DNA of 64,000 nt from Vicinamibacteria bacterium (GCA_963422395.1 OY729431.1:64001-128000), one strand, 5' to 3'. Counted from the first letter of the stretch, positions 33,492-45,945 are shown. The notes: generated from the letters alone by a model not told the origin. Numbers and translations: made by a program.

Positions 33492-33950
33492 TCAGCTGCC
33501 GTCGTCGTCGTCCGTGTCCCCGCCCTCCCGCAGGTGGCGGACGAGATAGAACACGGACACGAGTTCGAGGCCGACCCCGGCGCCGAGCAGCCACTTCGTC
33601 GGGGTGTCCAAGCCCAGTCGATTGCCGTCCGCGTCATAGCACTTGTTGTAGCCGCTGATCGCTACTCCGCCGACCTTCTGGGGGTCACCGGGTCCGGTTT
33701 CTCGGCACGGCAACCAGCGCCAGAGGCCGGCCCCGACGAAGGCCATGGCACCGCTCAGCGCGAAGGCGATCGCGCTGCGCCGGGCGTCGTCCTCACGGAG
33801 GATCCCGGTGGTGATCGTGCTCGTGTTCTGGACGGAATACGCCCCGCTGGCAGCAGCAACTCCGACGGCCTCCAGGAGCGACTGGGGATGAGCGTAGAGG
33901 GGAGCCCCGCCCAAGCTGAAGACCAGGAGAAATGCGGCGAACTTCCTCAT
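33492..33950 (-). CDS. Hypothetical membrane protein with signal peptide
   Basis: MRKFAAFLLVFSLGG signal; two further hydrophobic segments. Confidence 0.6.
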   Translation of the reverse strand: MRKFAAFLLVFSLGGAPLYAHPQSLLEAVGVAAASGAYSVQNTSTITTGILREDDARRSAIAFALSGAMAFVGAGLWRWLPCRETGPGDPQKVGGVAISGYNKCYDADGNRLGLDTPTKWLLGAGVGLELVSVFYLVRHLREGGDTDDDDGS

Positions 33951-33963
33951 TCGAAAAGCCTTT

Positions 33964-34467
33964 TCAGTTGCGTACCCGGATGGATACGTTCCCGGCGACC
34001 ACCGTCTCGCCGCTGCGCTGGAGCCGAAGCCAGACCCGATAGGTCCCGGGCAGCGAAAAACGGTGGCTCGAAGAGAAGAAGGTCTCGACTTCCGCACCTT
34101 CTTCGTAGGGGTCGCAGTCCGGCTCGTACACCGATTCGGTGTCGTCGTCCCAGTCCCAGACCTCTTCGAGACAGTAGTAGTCCTCGAGTTCTTCCGCGGT
34201 GTCGAGATCCTCGAGGCGCGCCGAAACCCGGACATCGAGCGAGGGGCGGCGCGCCTCTCCCGGCATCCGGGGACGAAGGAACAGCTGGCGGGGAGCCCTC
34301 AGGACCAGTTTCGGCTCCAGCCGCGGCAGAGTCGGCGCCGAGAAAGCGGAAGCCTCTTCCTCTCCGCTGGCGATCGGGGCCGCCGCAGGGTCGCCGGAGA
34401 AGCCGGCTGCCGGGCCGGCGAACAGGAACCCGACGAATAGAAGCCCCGCTGGCAGGAGGCGCCTCAC
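33964..34467 (-). CDS. Hypothetical exported protein with PKD-like C-terminal domain
   Basis: Signal peptide; VWDWDDDT...HRFSLPGTYRVWL resembles PKD WDFGDG/HxY..PGxY. Confidence 0.6.
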   Translation of the reverse strand: MRRLLPAGLLFVGFLFAGPAAGFSGDPAAAPIASGEEEASAFSAPTLPRLEPKLVLRAPRQLFLRPRMPGEARRPSLDVRVSARLEDLDTAEELEDYYCLEEVWDWDDDTESVYEPDCDPYEEGAEVETFFSSSHRFSLPGTYRVWLRLQRSGETVVAGNVSIRVRN

Positions 34468-34591
34468 AGCGAAGGTGCGGGGAGAGAGAAAACCGGGAGG
34501 CGCACAGGAAGGCGATTCTATCGCCGCGCGGCGTCGTCGAAATTCAGGTGCCGGGCCGGGCTCAGCCGGGCCGAGTTCCGCTAGACCGGAT

Positions 34592-35047
34592 TCAGATGGG
34601 CTGGGCGGGCGCTTTCGCTTCGGCTTCCGCAACCCGAAGACGCGCCTCGGCGCGGGCGACCGCCTGCTGGGCGCGGTCCACATCGTAGGCTGCGCCGAAC
34701 TCCTCGAGGCGCTCCCGCGCCCGGGTCAGAGCGCTCTCGGCGCGCGAGAGATCGATGTCCTGGGGCCGTTCGGCGGTCTCGGCGAGCACGATGACCGCGT
34801 CGTCGAAGACCTCCAAAAACCCCCAGTGGACGGCGAGGAAGTGGGCTTCCTCTCCCTGGCGGTACTGGAGCCGCCCGCTGCGTATCTGGCTCAGGAGCGG
34901 TGCGTGCCCGGGCAGAACGCCGAAATAGCCGAGCACTCCCGGGGCTTCCACATAGTCCACCTGGTCGCGGAAGACCACTCCGCCCGGAGTGATGACCTCG
35001 AGCCGGAGCCTTTTTTCGGCACGCACCACGGCAGCGTCGCCCTCCAC
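34592..35047 (-). CDS. atpC: ATP synthase F1 epsilon subunit
   Basis: LEVITP, GYFGVLPGHAPL, GFLEV, LAETAE; last gene of the atp operon. Confidence 0.95.
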   Translation of the reverse strand: MEGDAAVVRAEKRLRLEVITPGGVVFRDQVDYVEAPGVLGYFGVLPGHAPLLSQIRSGRLQYRQGEEAHFLAVHWGFLEVFDDAVIVLAETAERPQDIDLSRAESALTRARERLEEFGAAYDVDRAQQAVARAEARLRVAEAEAKAPAQPI

Positions 35048-35056
35048 GGAGCGGCC

Positions 35057-37410
<2,354 letters not shown>

Positions 37411-37436
37411 GAAGCGGGTCTATTCCTGTCTATTCC

Positions 37437-37623
37437 CTAGCAGCCTGTGGATGAAGTGGCGCGAGCCCAAAGAGCGGTGAGGCGCCCGGCTGGCAAGGCG
37501 CGTGAGGGAGGAATACCGAGTGTATTTCGACCGAAACGCAACGATGAGCGCCGTGAAACGGCGCGGTTCAGCCGGGATGCATCGCCGCTCGACGGCCGTG
37601 TGACTTTGTCCACAGGCTGCTAG
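37437..37623. mobile_element. MITE copy 1, between atpA and atpG
   Basis: TIR CAGCCTGTGGA...TCCACAGGCTG flanked by CTAG on both sides; the right CTAG contains the atpA stop. Confidence 0.85.
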
Positions 37624-39140
37624 GACGCGCGGGCGCGGAAGACCTCGCGCTCGAACTCGGAGATCGCCTCCCGGAGCGCTGCGGTGAGCGAATCGTCGAG
37701 TTTCTTCTCTTCGCGGATCCGCAGGAGCGTGCCCGGATGGCGGGCCGCGAGAAATTCGTGGAGTTCCGCCTCGAAGCCGCGGCAATCGCGCGGCGCGAGA
37801 TCATCCAGGAATCCCTCGTTCGCGGCGAAGATGGCCGCCACCTGTTTCTCCACTGGCAGCGGCTGGTACTGGTCCTGTTTCAACACTTCGGTGAGGCGCT
37901 CTCCCTTCGCCAGTTGCGCCTGGGTGGCCTTGTCGAGATCCGAGCCGAACTGGGCGAATGCCGCCATCTCCCGGTACTGAGCCAGCTGGAGGCGCATCGT
38001 GCCGGCCACTTGCCGCATGGCCCGGATCTGCGCCGAACCCCCGACTCGGCTCACCGAGTTGCCCACATTGATCGCCGGTCGGATTCCGGCGTTGAACAAG
38101 TCGCTTTCGAGATAGATCTGCCCGTCGGTGATCGAGATGACATTCGTGGGCACATAGGCCGAAAGGTCGCCGGCCTGGGTCTCGATGAAGGGGAAGGCGG
38201 TGAGAGAGCCGCCGCCCCGTTCGTCGGAAAGCTTGGACGCCCGCTCGAGCAGCCGCGAGTGGAGATAGAAGACATCCCCAGGGTAGGCCTCGCGCCCGGG
38301 GGGCCGCCGAAGCAGGAGCGAGATCTCCCGATAGGCGGCCGCGTGTTTCGAGAGGTCGTCGTAGATGCACAGCGCGTGGCCGCCGCGGTCCATGAAGTAC
38401 TCGCCCATGGCGCAGCCGGAGTAGGGAGCGAGGTACTGGAGAGGTGCTGGCTCCGAAGCGGAGGCCGAGACCACGATCGTGTGGTCGAGAGCGCCATGGT
38501 CCTCGAGGGTGCGGACCACCTGCGCCACCGTGGAGAGCTTTTGTCCCACGGCGACATAGACCGCGACCACGCCGGTGTCCCGCTGGTTGATGATCGCGTC
38601 CACGGCAATCGCCGTCTTGCCGGTCTGGCGGTCGCCGATGATGAGTTCACGCTGCCCCCTGCCGATGGGGATCATGGCGTCCACCGCCTTCACCCCGGTC
38701 TGGAGCGGCTCCTTGACCGGCTGCCGGGCCACGATGCCCGGGGCGATCCGTTCCACCGGGTTCGCCTCGGAGGTCTCGATGGGGCCCTTGCCGTCGAGGG
38801 GCCGCCCGAGGGCGTCCACCACCCGGCCCTTCATCGCCTCGCCCACCGGCACCTGGAGGATCCGATGGGTGCGCCGCGCCGTGTCTCCCTCGCGGATACG
38901 GGCGACTTCGCCGAAGAGCACGAGTCCCACGGCGCTCTCTTCGAGGTTCAGCGCCAGCCCGAAGACCTCGTGGGGCAACTCCACGAGCTCCCCGTACATG
39001 ACGCCTTCGAGGCCGTGCACTCGGGCGATCCCGTCTCCCGAAGAGACCACGGTGCCGATCTCGGCGACATCCACCCCCGGCTGGTGGCCGGCGATCTGTT
39101 CCCGCAGCAAAGCGGCGATTTCATCGGCTCGAATGGTCAT
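37620..39140 (-). CDS. atpA: ATP synthase F1 alpha subunit
   Basis: [29 protein letters not shown]. Confidence 0.98.
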   Translation of the reverse strand: MTIRADEIAALLREQIAGHQPGVDVAEIGTVVSSGDGIARVHGLEGVMYGELVELPHEVFGLALNLEESAVGLVLFGEVARIREGDTARRTHRILQVPVGEAMKGRVVDALGRPLDGKGPIETSEANPVERIAPGIVARQPVKEPLQTGVKAVDAMIPIGRGQRELIIGDRQTGKTAIAVDAIINQRDTGVVAVYVAVGQKLSTVAQVVRTLEDHGALDHTIVVSASASEPAPLQYLAPYSGCAMGEYFMDRGGHALCIYDDLSKHAAAYREISLLLRRPPGREAYPGDVFYLHSRLLERASKLSDERGGGSLTAFPFIETQAGDLSAYVPTNVISITDGQIYLESDLFNAGIRPAINVGNSVSRVGGSAQIRAMRQVAGTMRLQLAQYREMAAFAQFGSDLDKATQAQLAKGERLTEVLKQDQYQPLPVEKQVAAIFAANEGFLDDLAPRDCRGFEAELHEFLAARHPGTLLRIREEKKLDDSLTAALREAISEFEREVFRARAS

Positions 39141-39171
39141 GGACTTACCTGTAATTCGTTGACTTTGCTGT

Positions 39172-39723
39172 TTATTGAGGGACAAACCCGTATCGGCCAG
39201 AAAATCGGCGCAACTCGCCGCTGACGCTCGCGTCGTAGATCCGGTTCCCGGTGCGCACGAGCAAGCCGCCCAGCAGCGAAGGATCTCTGCGGAAGCGAAG
39301 CCGCGGCTTTCCCCCGAGCATCTCCGCGAGGGCGCCGCGGACTGCCATGCGGCTTCGTTCGTCGAGTGGACGGGCGGAGACGACTTCCGCCTCGACGATT
39401 CCGCGGTGGTTGTCGAGGGCTTCGCGGAAGGCAGCGGCGGTCTGCGGCAGCTCGCGGCCGCGCTCGTGCTCCACCATCACCGCAGCGAAGCGGCCCAGCC
39501 TCGACCCCGGGGCCAGCCGGTCTCCGACTGCATTCGCCAGCCGGGCCCGGCGGGCGCGCGGAATCGCCGGCGAGACCAAGGCGGCGGCGAGGTCCGGGGA
39601 GCCCTGAAGCAGCTCCGCCAGCTGGTCGAGCGCCTCTGCCAGAACTTCCGATTCGTCCCCGGAGGAGACTGCGGTTTCGAGCAGCACCCGGGCGTAGTGC
39701 CGAGAGACTTCGCTCGACCGCAC
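39172..39723 (-). CDS. atpH: ATP synthase delta subunit
   Basis: [21 protein letters not shown]; operon position. Confidence 0.9.
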   Translation of the reverse strand: MRSSEVSRHYARVLLETAVSSGDESEVLAEALDQLAELLQGSPDLAAALVSPAIPRARRARLANAVGDRLAPGSRLGRFAAVMVEHERGRELPQTAAAFREALDNHRGIVEAEVVSARPLDERSRMAVRGALAEMLGGKPRLRFRRDPSLLGGLLVRTGNRIYDASVSGELRRFSGRYGFVPQ

Positions 39724-39739
39724 GAAGACGCCTCCAGGT

Positions 39740-40294
39740 TCAGCTCGATCGGATCGCGGCGATCCCGGCGTTCAGGAGCCGCTCGTGATCTTCGTCGGAC
39801 AGAGAGTTCTCGACGCGCGAGCGTGCGAGCCGGGCCGCAAGCCGCGCAGCGTCGGCGGCCAGCCGGCGTTCGGCTCGGCGCACTTCCTGCTGGAGTTCCG
39901 CTTCGGCCGCCGCGGTGATCTTCCGGGCCTGCGTCTCGGCAGCGGCCACGATGCGGCGGCCTTCTTCTGCAGCGGACTCGGCGATCCGCCGACGGGCCGC
40001 TTCCACTTCGTCGTCAAGCGATGCCGTGCGGCTCCTGGCCAGCTCCCGGGCACGCGCCGCCTCTTCCCGGTCGGCGCGGGCGTCGGCAAGCTGTTCCCGG
40101 ATCTGCTGTGCCCGGGCCCCGAGCCAGGCGGCGAGCGGTTTCCGGAGCGCGAGAACCAGAATGGCGGCGAGGATCGTGAAATTGACGATCTTGGGAAGCT
40201 CGGATCCTCCGCCGGCCTCGGCAGCGCCCGCAAGCGTCGGCACCGCGAGGATCGATCCCCCGACGAGCGCCGAGCAGCCGAGCCGATGGATCAT
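39740..40294 (-). CDS. atpF: ATP synthase F0 subunit b
   Basis: KIVNFTILAAILVLALRKP followed by a long amphipathic helix. Confidence 0.88.
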   Translation of the reverse strand: MIHRLGCSALVGGSILAVPTLAGAAEAGGGSELPKIVNFTILAAILVLALRKPLAAWLGARAQQIREQLADARADREEAARARELARSRTASLDDEVEAARRRIAESAAEEGRRIVAAAETQARKITAAAEAELQQEVRRAERRLAADAARLAARLARSRVENSLSDEDHERLLNAGIAAIRSS

Positions 40295-40719
40295 GAGGCG
40301 CGGCGCAATACCCGAGCAGCGAGTTCGGACGCGAGGCTCTCGGCGTCAGCTTCCAATTCGACAGCGGCGTGGGCGGATTCCTCGCGGAGCGAGCGCTTCC
40401 CTGCCTCGAGTGCTCTCGAAGCGCGTTCCCGGGATTCCGCCAGCGAACGTTCGGCCCGCTCGCCGGCTTCCTGACGGACCCGGTCCATTTCCCGGTAACC
40501 GACCCGTCGGACTTCGGCGAGAGCTTCGGAAAGGCGAGCCTCGGTGCGGGCCGCTTCCGCCTCGGCGCCTTGCCGGCGCCGCCGGGCTTCGGCCCGATTT
40601 TCCTCCCGCGCCTCCATCGTGCGTGCGAGCGGCTCGAAAAATTGGGATTTCAGCACCAGGACCAGCAGCACCACGAGCGCGGACACCACGAGCGCGGAGA
40701 GGTCGGGAATGATCGTCAC
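40291..40719 (-). CDS. ATP synthase F0 subunit b'
   Basis: IIPDLS-TM-FFEPL...R pattern; coupled to atpF. Confidence 0.85.
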   Translation of the reverse strand: MTIIPDLSALVVSALVVLLVLVLKSQFFEPLARTMEAREENRAEARRRRQGAEAEAARTEARLSEALAEVRRVGYREMDRVRQEAGERAERSLAESRERASRALEAGKRSLREESAHAAVELEADAESLASELAARVLRRAS

Positions 40720-40848
40720 GAAACGAGCCGGGCAACAGGTCGGGCGGGGGGAAGGGGCCGCGCGTGGAGAAGAGGAGGAACGCCGGTCCGCAGACCGGTG
40801 CGCGGCTGCCTGAGGGGAGCCCCTGGAGGGTCCGCCACGGGCGTCGGA

Positions 40849-40877
40849 AGGCTATCACCGCACCCTGGGGTTGCCAA
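40849..40877 (-). promoter_or_regulatory. Putative promoter of the atp operon (TTGGCA-17 bp-TAGCCT, extended TG)
   Basis: Spacing and motif read on the minus strand upstream of atpF'. Confidence 0.4.
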
Positions 40878-40934
40878 GAGTTACCCGGGAGTCCGGAAGA
40901 GCCTGGGGCGCAGTGCCGGTCGATTTCGGGCTGG

Positions 40935-41414
40935 CTATTCGCCGCCGCGGAGCGTCTGGTTTTGGGCAGGATTCGAGGGTTCGCCGACTGGCTCCACCCC
41001 GGATTCCACGACACCGGCAGGATTCGGCGCGGGAGGATTCGAGGCCTCTGGGCGGGAGCGCTGGTAGTCGGGGTGGATGTGGAACCGGGCGCCATCCGTA
41101 TTGCTTTCGATTTCGAGTCGCAGGCTGGCTGCCTGAACGGTCACGCCGACGATGACGCCGCCGGAGCGGATTTCGACCTCGTGGGCGTCTATCTTTCCCG
41201 AGACTCGTCCTCCATCTTCAACGACCACCCTCTCGGCGAAGATGCTTCCGTCGAAGGATCCGTCGGTCCCCACCGAGACCACCCCCTGCGAGTGGATCTC
41301 ACCGGAGAAGTCGCCGTTCACGCTGAACGGGCCGGGGGCAGTGAGCCGACCGGTGAGTCGCGATCCGGCGCCCACGAAACCGCTGTATGCCTCCTGCGAG
41401 ACTTCTCTGGCCAT
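40935..41414 (-). CDS. Bactofilin (polymer-forming cytoskeletal protein)
   Basis: Beta-helix repeats GSRLTGRL, VNGDFSGEI, VSGKI; follows parB. Confidence 0.8.
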   Translation of the reverse strand: MAREVSQEAYSGFVGAGSRLTGRLTAPGPFSVNGDFSGEIHSQGVVSVGTDGSFDGSIFAERVVVEDGGRVSGKIDAHEVEIRSGGVIVGVTVQAASLRLEIESNTDGARFHIHPDYQRSRPEASNPPAPNPAGVVESGVEPVGEPSNPAQNQTLRGGE

Positions 41415-41416
41415 GA

Positions 41417-42262
41417 CTATTTCTCTCCTCTGGCGGTGAAGAGGACGAAAACGCGCTGCAGGTCGTCTTCGGAAAAGAACCGGATGTGCACCGAACCGCC
41501 CTTGCCGCGACGATGGATCTTCACCGGCAGCCCCACTCCCTGCTGCATCCGCTCCTCCGCGTCGCGGCTGTTGGGGTCGAGAGTCTTTGGGGAGCTTCCA
41601 CGAGCGGCCCCGCCGTCCTGAAGCGCGCGCACTCGCCGTTCCACTTCGCGCACCGACAGGTCCTGCCGCATGATCTCCCTTGCGAGACGGCGTTGATCGT
41701 CACGGGCGAGCCCGAGCAGCGCCCGGCCGGCAGCAGCCCGGAGGCGGCCGCTCTCGACGAACCCGCGCACTTCGGGATCCAGATCGAGCAGGCGAAGGGC
41801 GTTCGTGACCGCGGTACGGCTTCGCCCGACCTCGGCGGCGATTTCTTCGTGGGTCAGACCGGTCTCGTCGGCGAGGCGGCGGAAGGCGAGCGATTCCTCG
41901 ATGGGATTCAGGTTCTCTCGTTGCAAGTTCTCGATGAGCGCCAGAAGTCCGAGATCGTCATCCGCCACCTCACGGACCACCACCGGCACCCGCTCAAGGC
42001 CTGCCTGCCTGGCAGCACGCCAGCGACGCTCACCGGCGATGATCTGGAAGCGCTCGGCGCGCTCCCGGATGACGATCGGCTCGATCAGCCCATGAGTTTC
42101 GATGGAGGCCGCCAATCCGGCGAGATTCTCGGGGGATATCTCCGATCGCGGCTGTTGCGGGTTGGGCTCCAATTGGTCCACCGGCAACTCTCGATACCCC
42201 GCAGCCGGCGCCGCTGCGGGCAGCAGGGCATCGAGGCCGCGCCCGAGTCTTCGGCGTTTCAT
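41417..42262 (-). CDS. parB: Chromosome partitioning protein ParB
   Basis: LGRGLDAL, PNPQQPR, IIAGERRWRAA, ENLQRENLNPIEE, HTH SRTAVTNALRLL. Confidence 0.97.
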   Translation of the reverse strand: MKRRRLGRGLDALLPAAAPAAGYRELPVDQLEPNPQQPRSEISPENLAGLAASIETHGLIEPIVIRERAERFQIIAGERRWRAARQAGLERVPVVVREVADDDLGLLALIENLQRENLNPIEESLAFRRLADETGLTHEEIAAEVGRSRTAVTNALRLLDLDPEVRGFVESGRLRAAAGRALLGLARDDQRRLAREIMRQDLSVREVERRVRALQDGGAARGSSPKTLDPNSRDAEERMQQGVGLPVKIHRRGKGGSVHIRFFSEDDLQRVFVLFTARGEK

Positions 42263-43038
42263 CGGGAGAGCACTTCCCTCGCGAGTTTCGAATACGCAGC
42301 GACCGCTTTCGACCCTGGATCGTAGAGCTGGACAGGGAGTCCAAAGGAAGGAGCTTCAGCGAGACGAACGGATCGCGGCACTTCCGCCTCGAGCACTTGC
42401 CTGCCGAGTCCACGCCGGACTTCGGCGATGACTTGCCGGGACAGATTCATCCGGCGGTCCACCATGGTGAAGAACACTCCGAACAACTGGAGGTCGGGAT
42501 TCCAGGATTCCCCGATGCGCGCCACGGTATCCAGCAGCCGGGAAAGGCCCTGCATGGCGAAGAATTCGCACTGCATCGGCACCAGCACGGAATCGGCCGC
42601 CACCAGCGCGTTCACCGTCAACAGGCCGAGCGAGGGGGGGCAATCCAGCAGAACGAATTCCGTCGTCGCGGAGTCGGAGCGGGAGAAGGCGGCCAAGCTC
42701 TCCCGCAGACGGGAAGCCCGGCGCTTCGGGTCGCGAAACTCCGCGGCGAGTTCGAGATCGACACCGGCGAGGGAAGGATCCGAAGGACAGGCGCTCAAGT
42801 TCTCCACTCCCGTGGGAAGCACTGTCCGGGCGAGAGGCTCTCCGTCCACGATCGCGTCATAGGTGCTGTAGCCGTCTTCGGCGATCCGGAGATCGAGGCT
42901 GGCGGTAAGGCTTCCCTGGGGATCGAGGTCCACCACCAGAGATCGTCGGCCCGCCTCGGCGAGCGCCGCGCCGAGGTTGACCGTGGTGGTGGTTTTCCCC
43001 ACCCCACCTTTCTGATTGGCGACCGCCAGAACGCGCAT
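42259..43038 (-). CDS. parA: Chromosome partitioning ATPase ParA/Soj
   Basis: NQKGGVGKTTT, DLDPQG, DCPPSLG, PRSVRLAEAPS. Confidence 0.97.
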   Translation of the reverse strand: MRVLAVANQKGGVGKTTTTVNLGAALAEAGRRSLVVDLDPQGSLTASLDLRIAEDGYSTYDAIVDGEPLARTVLPTGVENLSACPSDPSLAGVDLELAAEFRDPKRRASRLRESLAAFSRSDSATTEFVLLDCPPSLGLLTVNALVAADSVLVPMQCEFFAMQGLSRLLDTVARIGESWNPDLQLFGVFFTMVDRRMNLSRQVIAEVRRGLGRQVLEAEVPRSVRLAEAPSFGLPVQLYDPGSKAVAAYSKLAREVLSR

Positions 43039-43054
43039 GACGACGGGTCGAAGG

Positions 43055-43235
43055 CTAGCAGCCTGTGGACGAAGTCGCACGGCCGTCGACCAGCGATGCA
43101 TCACGGCGGAAACACTCCGCTCGGCGTTGTTGCGATTCGGTCGGAATACTCCCGGTATGCCTCCCGAATCGCGCCTTGTCCGCCGCGCGCCTCGCCACTC
43201 TTTGGGCTCGCGCTACTTCATCCACAGACTGCTAG
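43055..43235. mobile_element. MITE copy 2 (inverted), upstream of parA
   Basis: CTAG-CAGCCTGTGGAC...ATCCACAGACTG-CTAG; interior is the reverse complement of copies 1 and 3. Confidence 0.85.
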
Positions 43236-43274
43236 AAGCCACATGGACGAAGTCACCCGGCCGTCGACCGGCGA

Positions 43275-43290
43275 TGTTTCCCGTGAAACA
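43275..43290. promoter_or_regulatory. parS: parS centromere-like site
   Basis: TGTTTCCCGTGAAACA, one mismatch to the consensus TGTTTCACGTGAAACA, just upstream of parAB. Confidence 0.85.
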
Positions 43291-43311
43291 TCTTCCATCG
43301 GCTTCTCCGTT

Positions 43312-43974
43312 TCACTGGGTTCGTCGGGGACAGCCGATCCATACGATGCCCCGCTCCACCGGGACCGATCGCTCTTCGTAGAGACCGGACGGGAGGTCGG
43401 CTCGCTCCCGGGCGGCCTGGCTGGTCGGCCAGATCACCCGCGCTTCGGGCCGAAGCGCCTGCGCCAGTCCCTTCCATTCCTGCTTGCGCAGACGCACTGC
43501 GCGCAGCGTGACCGCCGTCGCTTTCCGCATTCGATTCCACTCTTCCGGTTGGCTCAGGAAGTTCTTGAGGCGGCACCGGACGACACGCACCCGGTCGGTG
43601 ATCCCCAGGTTTTCGATCGCGAGTTCGAGAAAGCCGACCGCCGTCCGTCGGGGTTCGAGCAGCGTCCACTCGCTGGCTCCGGAGACGACCGCCAGCGGCA
43701 ACGCTGGCGTTCCTCCGCCGCTGCCCACATCCAGGTACGGGCCTCGCGGCGGGAGGAAGGCCCGGAGCGCCAAGGCCTCTTCGAAGTAACCGCGAACCAG
43801 AGCTTCGGAAGAAGCGAAGCCGGTAATTCCCGCTTCCCGCCATTCGAGCAGCAGCGCGAGGAGCCGGGCCAGGGAAGCTTGCGCCGCCTCTTCGACCGGC
43901 GGCACCGCACCGGCGAGTGCCGATTCCAGCGCGCTCAGCGCGCCCCCGCTCGAGGCAGGGTTCGGAGAGTCCAC
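43312..43974 (-). CDS. rsmG: 16S rRNA m7G527 methyltransferase (divergent)
   Basis: LDVGSGGGTPALPLA, WTLLEP, VTLRAV; canonical position upstream of parA. Confidence 0.85.
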   Translation of the reverse strand: MDSPNPASSGGALSALESALAGAVPPVEEAAQASLARLLALLLEWREAGITGFASSEALVRGYFEEALALRAFLPPRGPYLDVGSGGGTPALPLAVVSGASEWTLLEPRRTAVGFLELAIENLGITDRVRVVRCRLKNFLSQPEEWNRMRKATAVTLRAVRLRKQEWKGLAQALRPEARVIWPTSQAARERADLPSGLYEERSVPVERGIVWIGCPRRTQ

Positions 43975-43980
43975 GGACTG

Positions 43981-44179
43981 CTAACAGCCTGTGGATGAAG
44001 TGGCGCGAGCCCAAAGAGTGGTGAGGCGCGCGGCGGACAAGGCGCGATTCGGGAGGCATACCGGGAGTATTCCGACCGAATCGCAACAATGCCGAGCGAA
44101 GCGGTTCAGGCGGGGCCCCCACCGGGAGAACTGGGCATCGCCGACCTTTGGCCGGGTGACTTTGTCCACAGGCTGCTAA
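43981..44179. mobile_element. MITE copy 3, between yidC and rsmG
   Basis: CTAA direct repeat on both sides of TIR CAGCCTGTGGA...TCCACAGGCTG; the right CTAA contains the yidC stop. Confidence 0.88.
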
Positions 44180-45945
44180 GCCCTGGTGGTCGGCGCTGCC
44201 CGCTTTCTCGATCGTTTCCCTTTCGCCGCCGGCATGAGCGCCTTCGCGGCCTCTTCCCGCCGGTTCATGATCCGAATCGTCACCGCCTGCTGCCCCATCG
44301 AGATCAGATTGTTGGCGAACCAGTAGAGCACGAGTCCCGAGGGTGCCCACGCGAGGATCAGGGTGAAGACCACCGGCAGGAACATCATGATCTTCGCCTG
44401 GACGCCTTCCGCCTGGGTGGTGGTCATCTTCTGCATGACCAACTGGCTCACACCCATCAGGATGGGGAGGATGAAGTACGGATCCTCGCGGGAAAGGTCC
44501 TCCACCCAGAAGGCGAACGGCGCGTGCCGCAGCTCGACCGAAACCACCAGCAATCGATAGAACGCGAAGAAGAACGGGATCATCAGCAGCATCGGGAGAC
44601 AGCCGCCGACGGGAGAGACGTTGTGCTCCCGGTAGAGCGCCACCATCTCCTGGTTCATGTCTTTCCGTTTCGGATCCGTCGGCTTCAGCGAGCGGTACTT
44701 GTCCTGGATCCGCTTGATCTGCGGGCTGATCCTCTGCATCCGCCGGATGGAGACATAGCTGTAGTGCTTCAGCGGAGCGAGGAGCAGGCTGATGAGCACC
44801 GTGACCAGCACGATCGCCCACCCGTAGTTTCCGAGAAGGTCGTAGGACCAGAGCAAGGCGGCGCGAAGGGGGACCACCAGGAAGCGCAGCCAAGGGCCGA
44901 ATTCCACGATGTCCATTCCTAAATCAGCCAGCAGCTCGACCTGCTTGGGTCCGGCGAAGAGGGTGAATGCGGCGGGCTCGGCGGAAATCAGCCGGGCCAG
45001 CAGCAGATCGCGCTCCCCGACCTCGCCTTCGGGAACATGATCGAAGCTCTCCCAGGGCAGAGAGAGAACCTCGACGGCGCCCTCGTAACGCTGCCCCGGC
45101 GCGGTGACCAGCAGTCCGGCGAAGTAGTGCGAGGCCACTCCGACGGCCTGCACCGCGAGTCCGGCTGCTTCCCCGTTCGCCACTTCGGAAAGCGAGAAGA
45201 GCCGACTCGCTCCCCCGGCTTTCAGCACTCCCTGATCCGCTCCCACATAGTTGCCGGTGTTGGTCTCATCACCGATCCCGGGGCCGTAGAGGATCTCCTT
45301 GAGCTGCTCCGCACCTCCCCGCCGCGCCGAAACCGTCACCTCCATCCGATATGCACCGCCCAGCACCCGCACCGTCTTGGACACCTCGAGGCCATCGGCA
45401 GTGGACCAGAGGAACTCGAGCTGCCGTGACTCGCCGCCGCGGACTTCGAGATCCACCGGCCCGGTGCGGACCCGTCCGTCCACGACGACCTCGTAGAGGG
45501 CAGCCGCCGAACGGCCCGGAGACGGATCGCCGGGCAGCACCAGATCCAACGGCCGCACCGAATGCACCAAATCGTCCCCCTGGGGGATCGTTTGGAAGGG
45601 GGCGTCGGTCGAATCGGTGTGCTCTCGCAAGCGCAGGCCGAGCAGGCGTCCGCCGCGGTTCGAGAACTCCGCGAGGTAACGGTCGGTGGCGACGGTGATC
45701 CGTTGTTCGCGCTCCGCTTGGCGCGTTTCGAAGGCTGCTGCGGACGGACTCGACTCGGTAGTGCTGATTTGCCCGATTGCACTTCGGCCTCCCGGTGTCG
45801 AGCTCCCGGGAGTGCTTCCCGGCGCTGCTGCTTCCTGGGCCGGCGGCGGGGTTCCGGCTGGAGGGGATTCCGGCCCGAAGAAGCGGACGAAAAGCAGGAA
45901 GACGATGAAACTCAGCAGGAACGCGAGCAGAACGCGGCGCTCCAT
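44176..45945 (-). CDS. yidC: Membrane protein insertase YidC
   Basis: NYGWAIV, GGCLPMLL, DPYFILP, PSGLVLYW. Confidence 0.96.
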   Translation of the reverse strand: MERRVLLAFLLSFIVFLLFVRFFGPESPPAGTPPPAQEAAAPGSTPGSSTPGGRSAIGQISTTESSPSAAAFETRQAEREQRITVATDRYLAEFSNRGGRLLGLRLREHTDSTDAPFQTIPQGDDLVHSVRPLDLVLPGDPSPGRSAAALYEVVVDGRVRTGPVDLEVRGGESRQLEFLWSTADGLEVSKTVRVLGGAYRMEVTVSARRGGAEQLKEILYGPGIGDETNTGNYVGADQGVLKAGGASRLFSLSEVANGEAAGLAVQAVGVASHYFAGLLVTAPGQRYEGAVEVLSLPWESFDHVPEGEVGERDLLLARLISAEPAAFTLFAGPKQVELLADLGMDIVEFGPWLRFLVVPLRAALLWSYDLLGNYGWAIVLVTVLISLLLAPLKHYSYVSIRRMQRISPQIKRIQDKYRSLKPTDPKRKDMNQEMVALYREHNVSPVGGCLPMLLMIPFFFAFYRLLVVSVELRHAPFAFWVEDLSREDPYFILPILMGVSQLVMQKMTTTQAEGVQAKIMMFLPVVFTLILAWAPSGLVLYWFANNLISMGQQAVTIRIMNRREEAAKALMPAAKGKRSRKRAAPTTRA

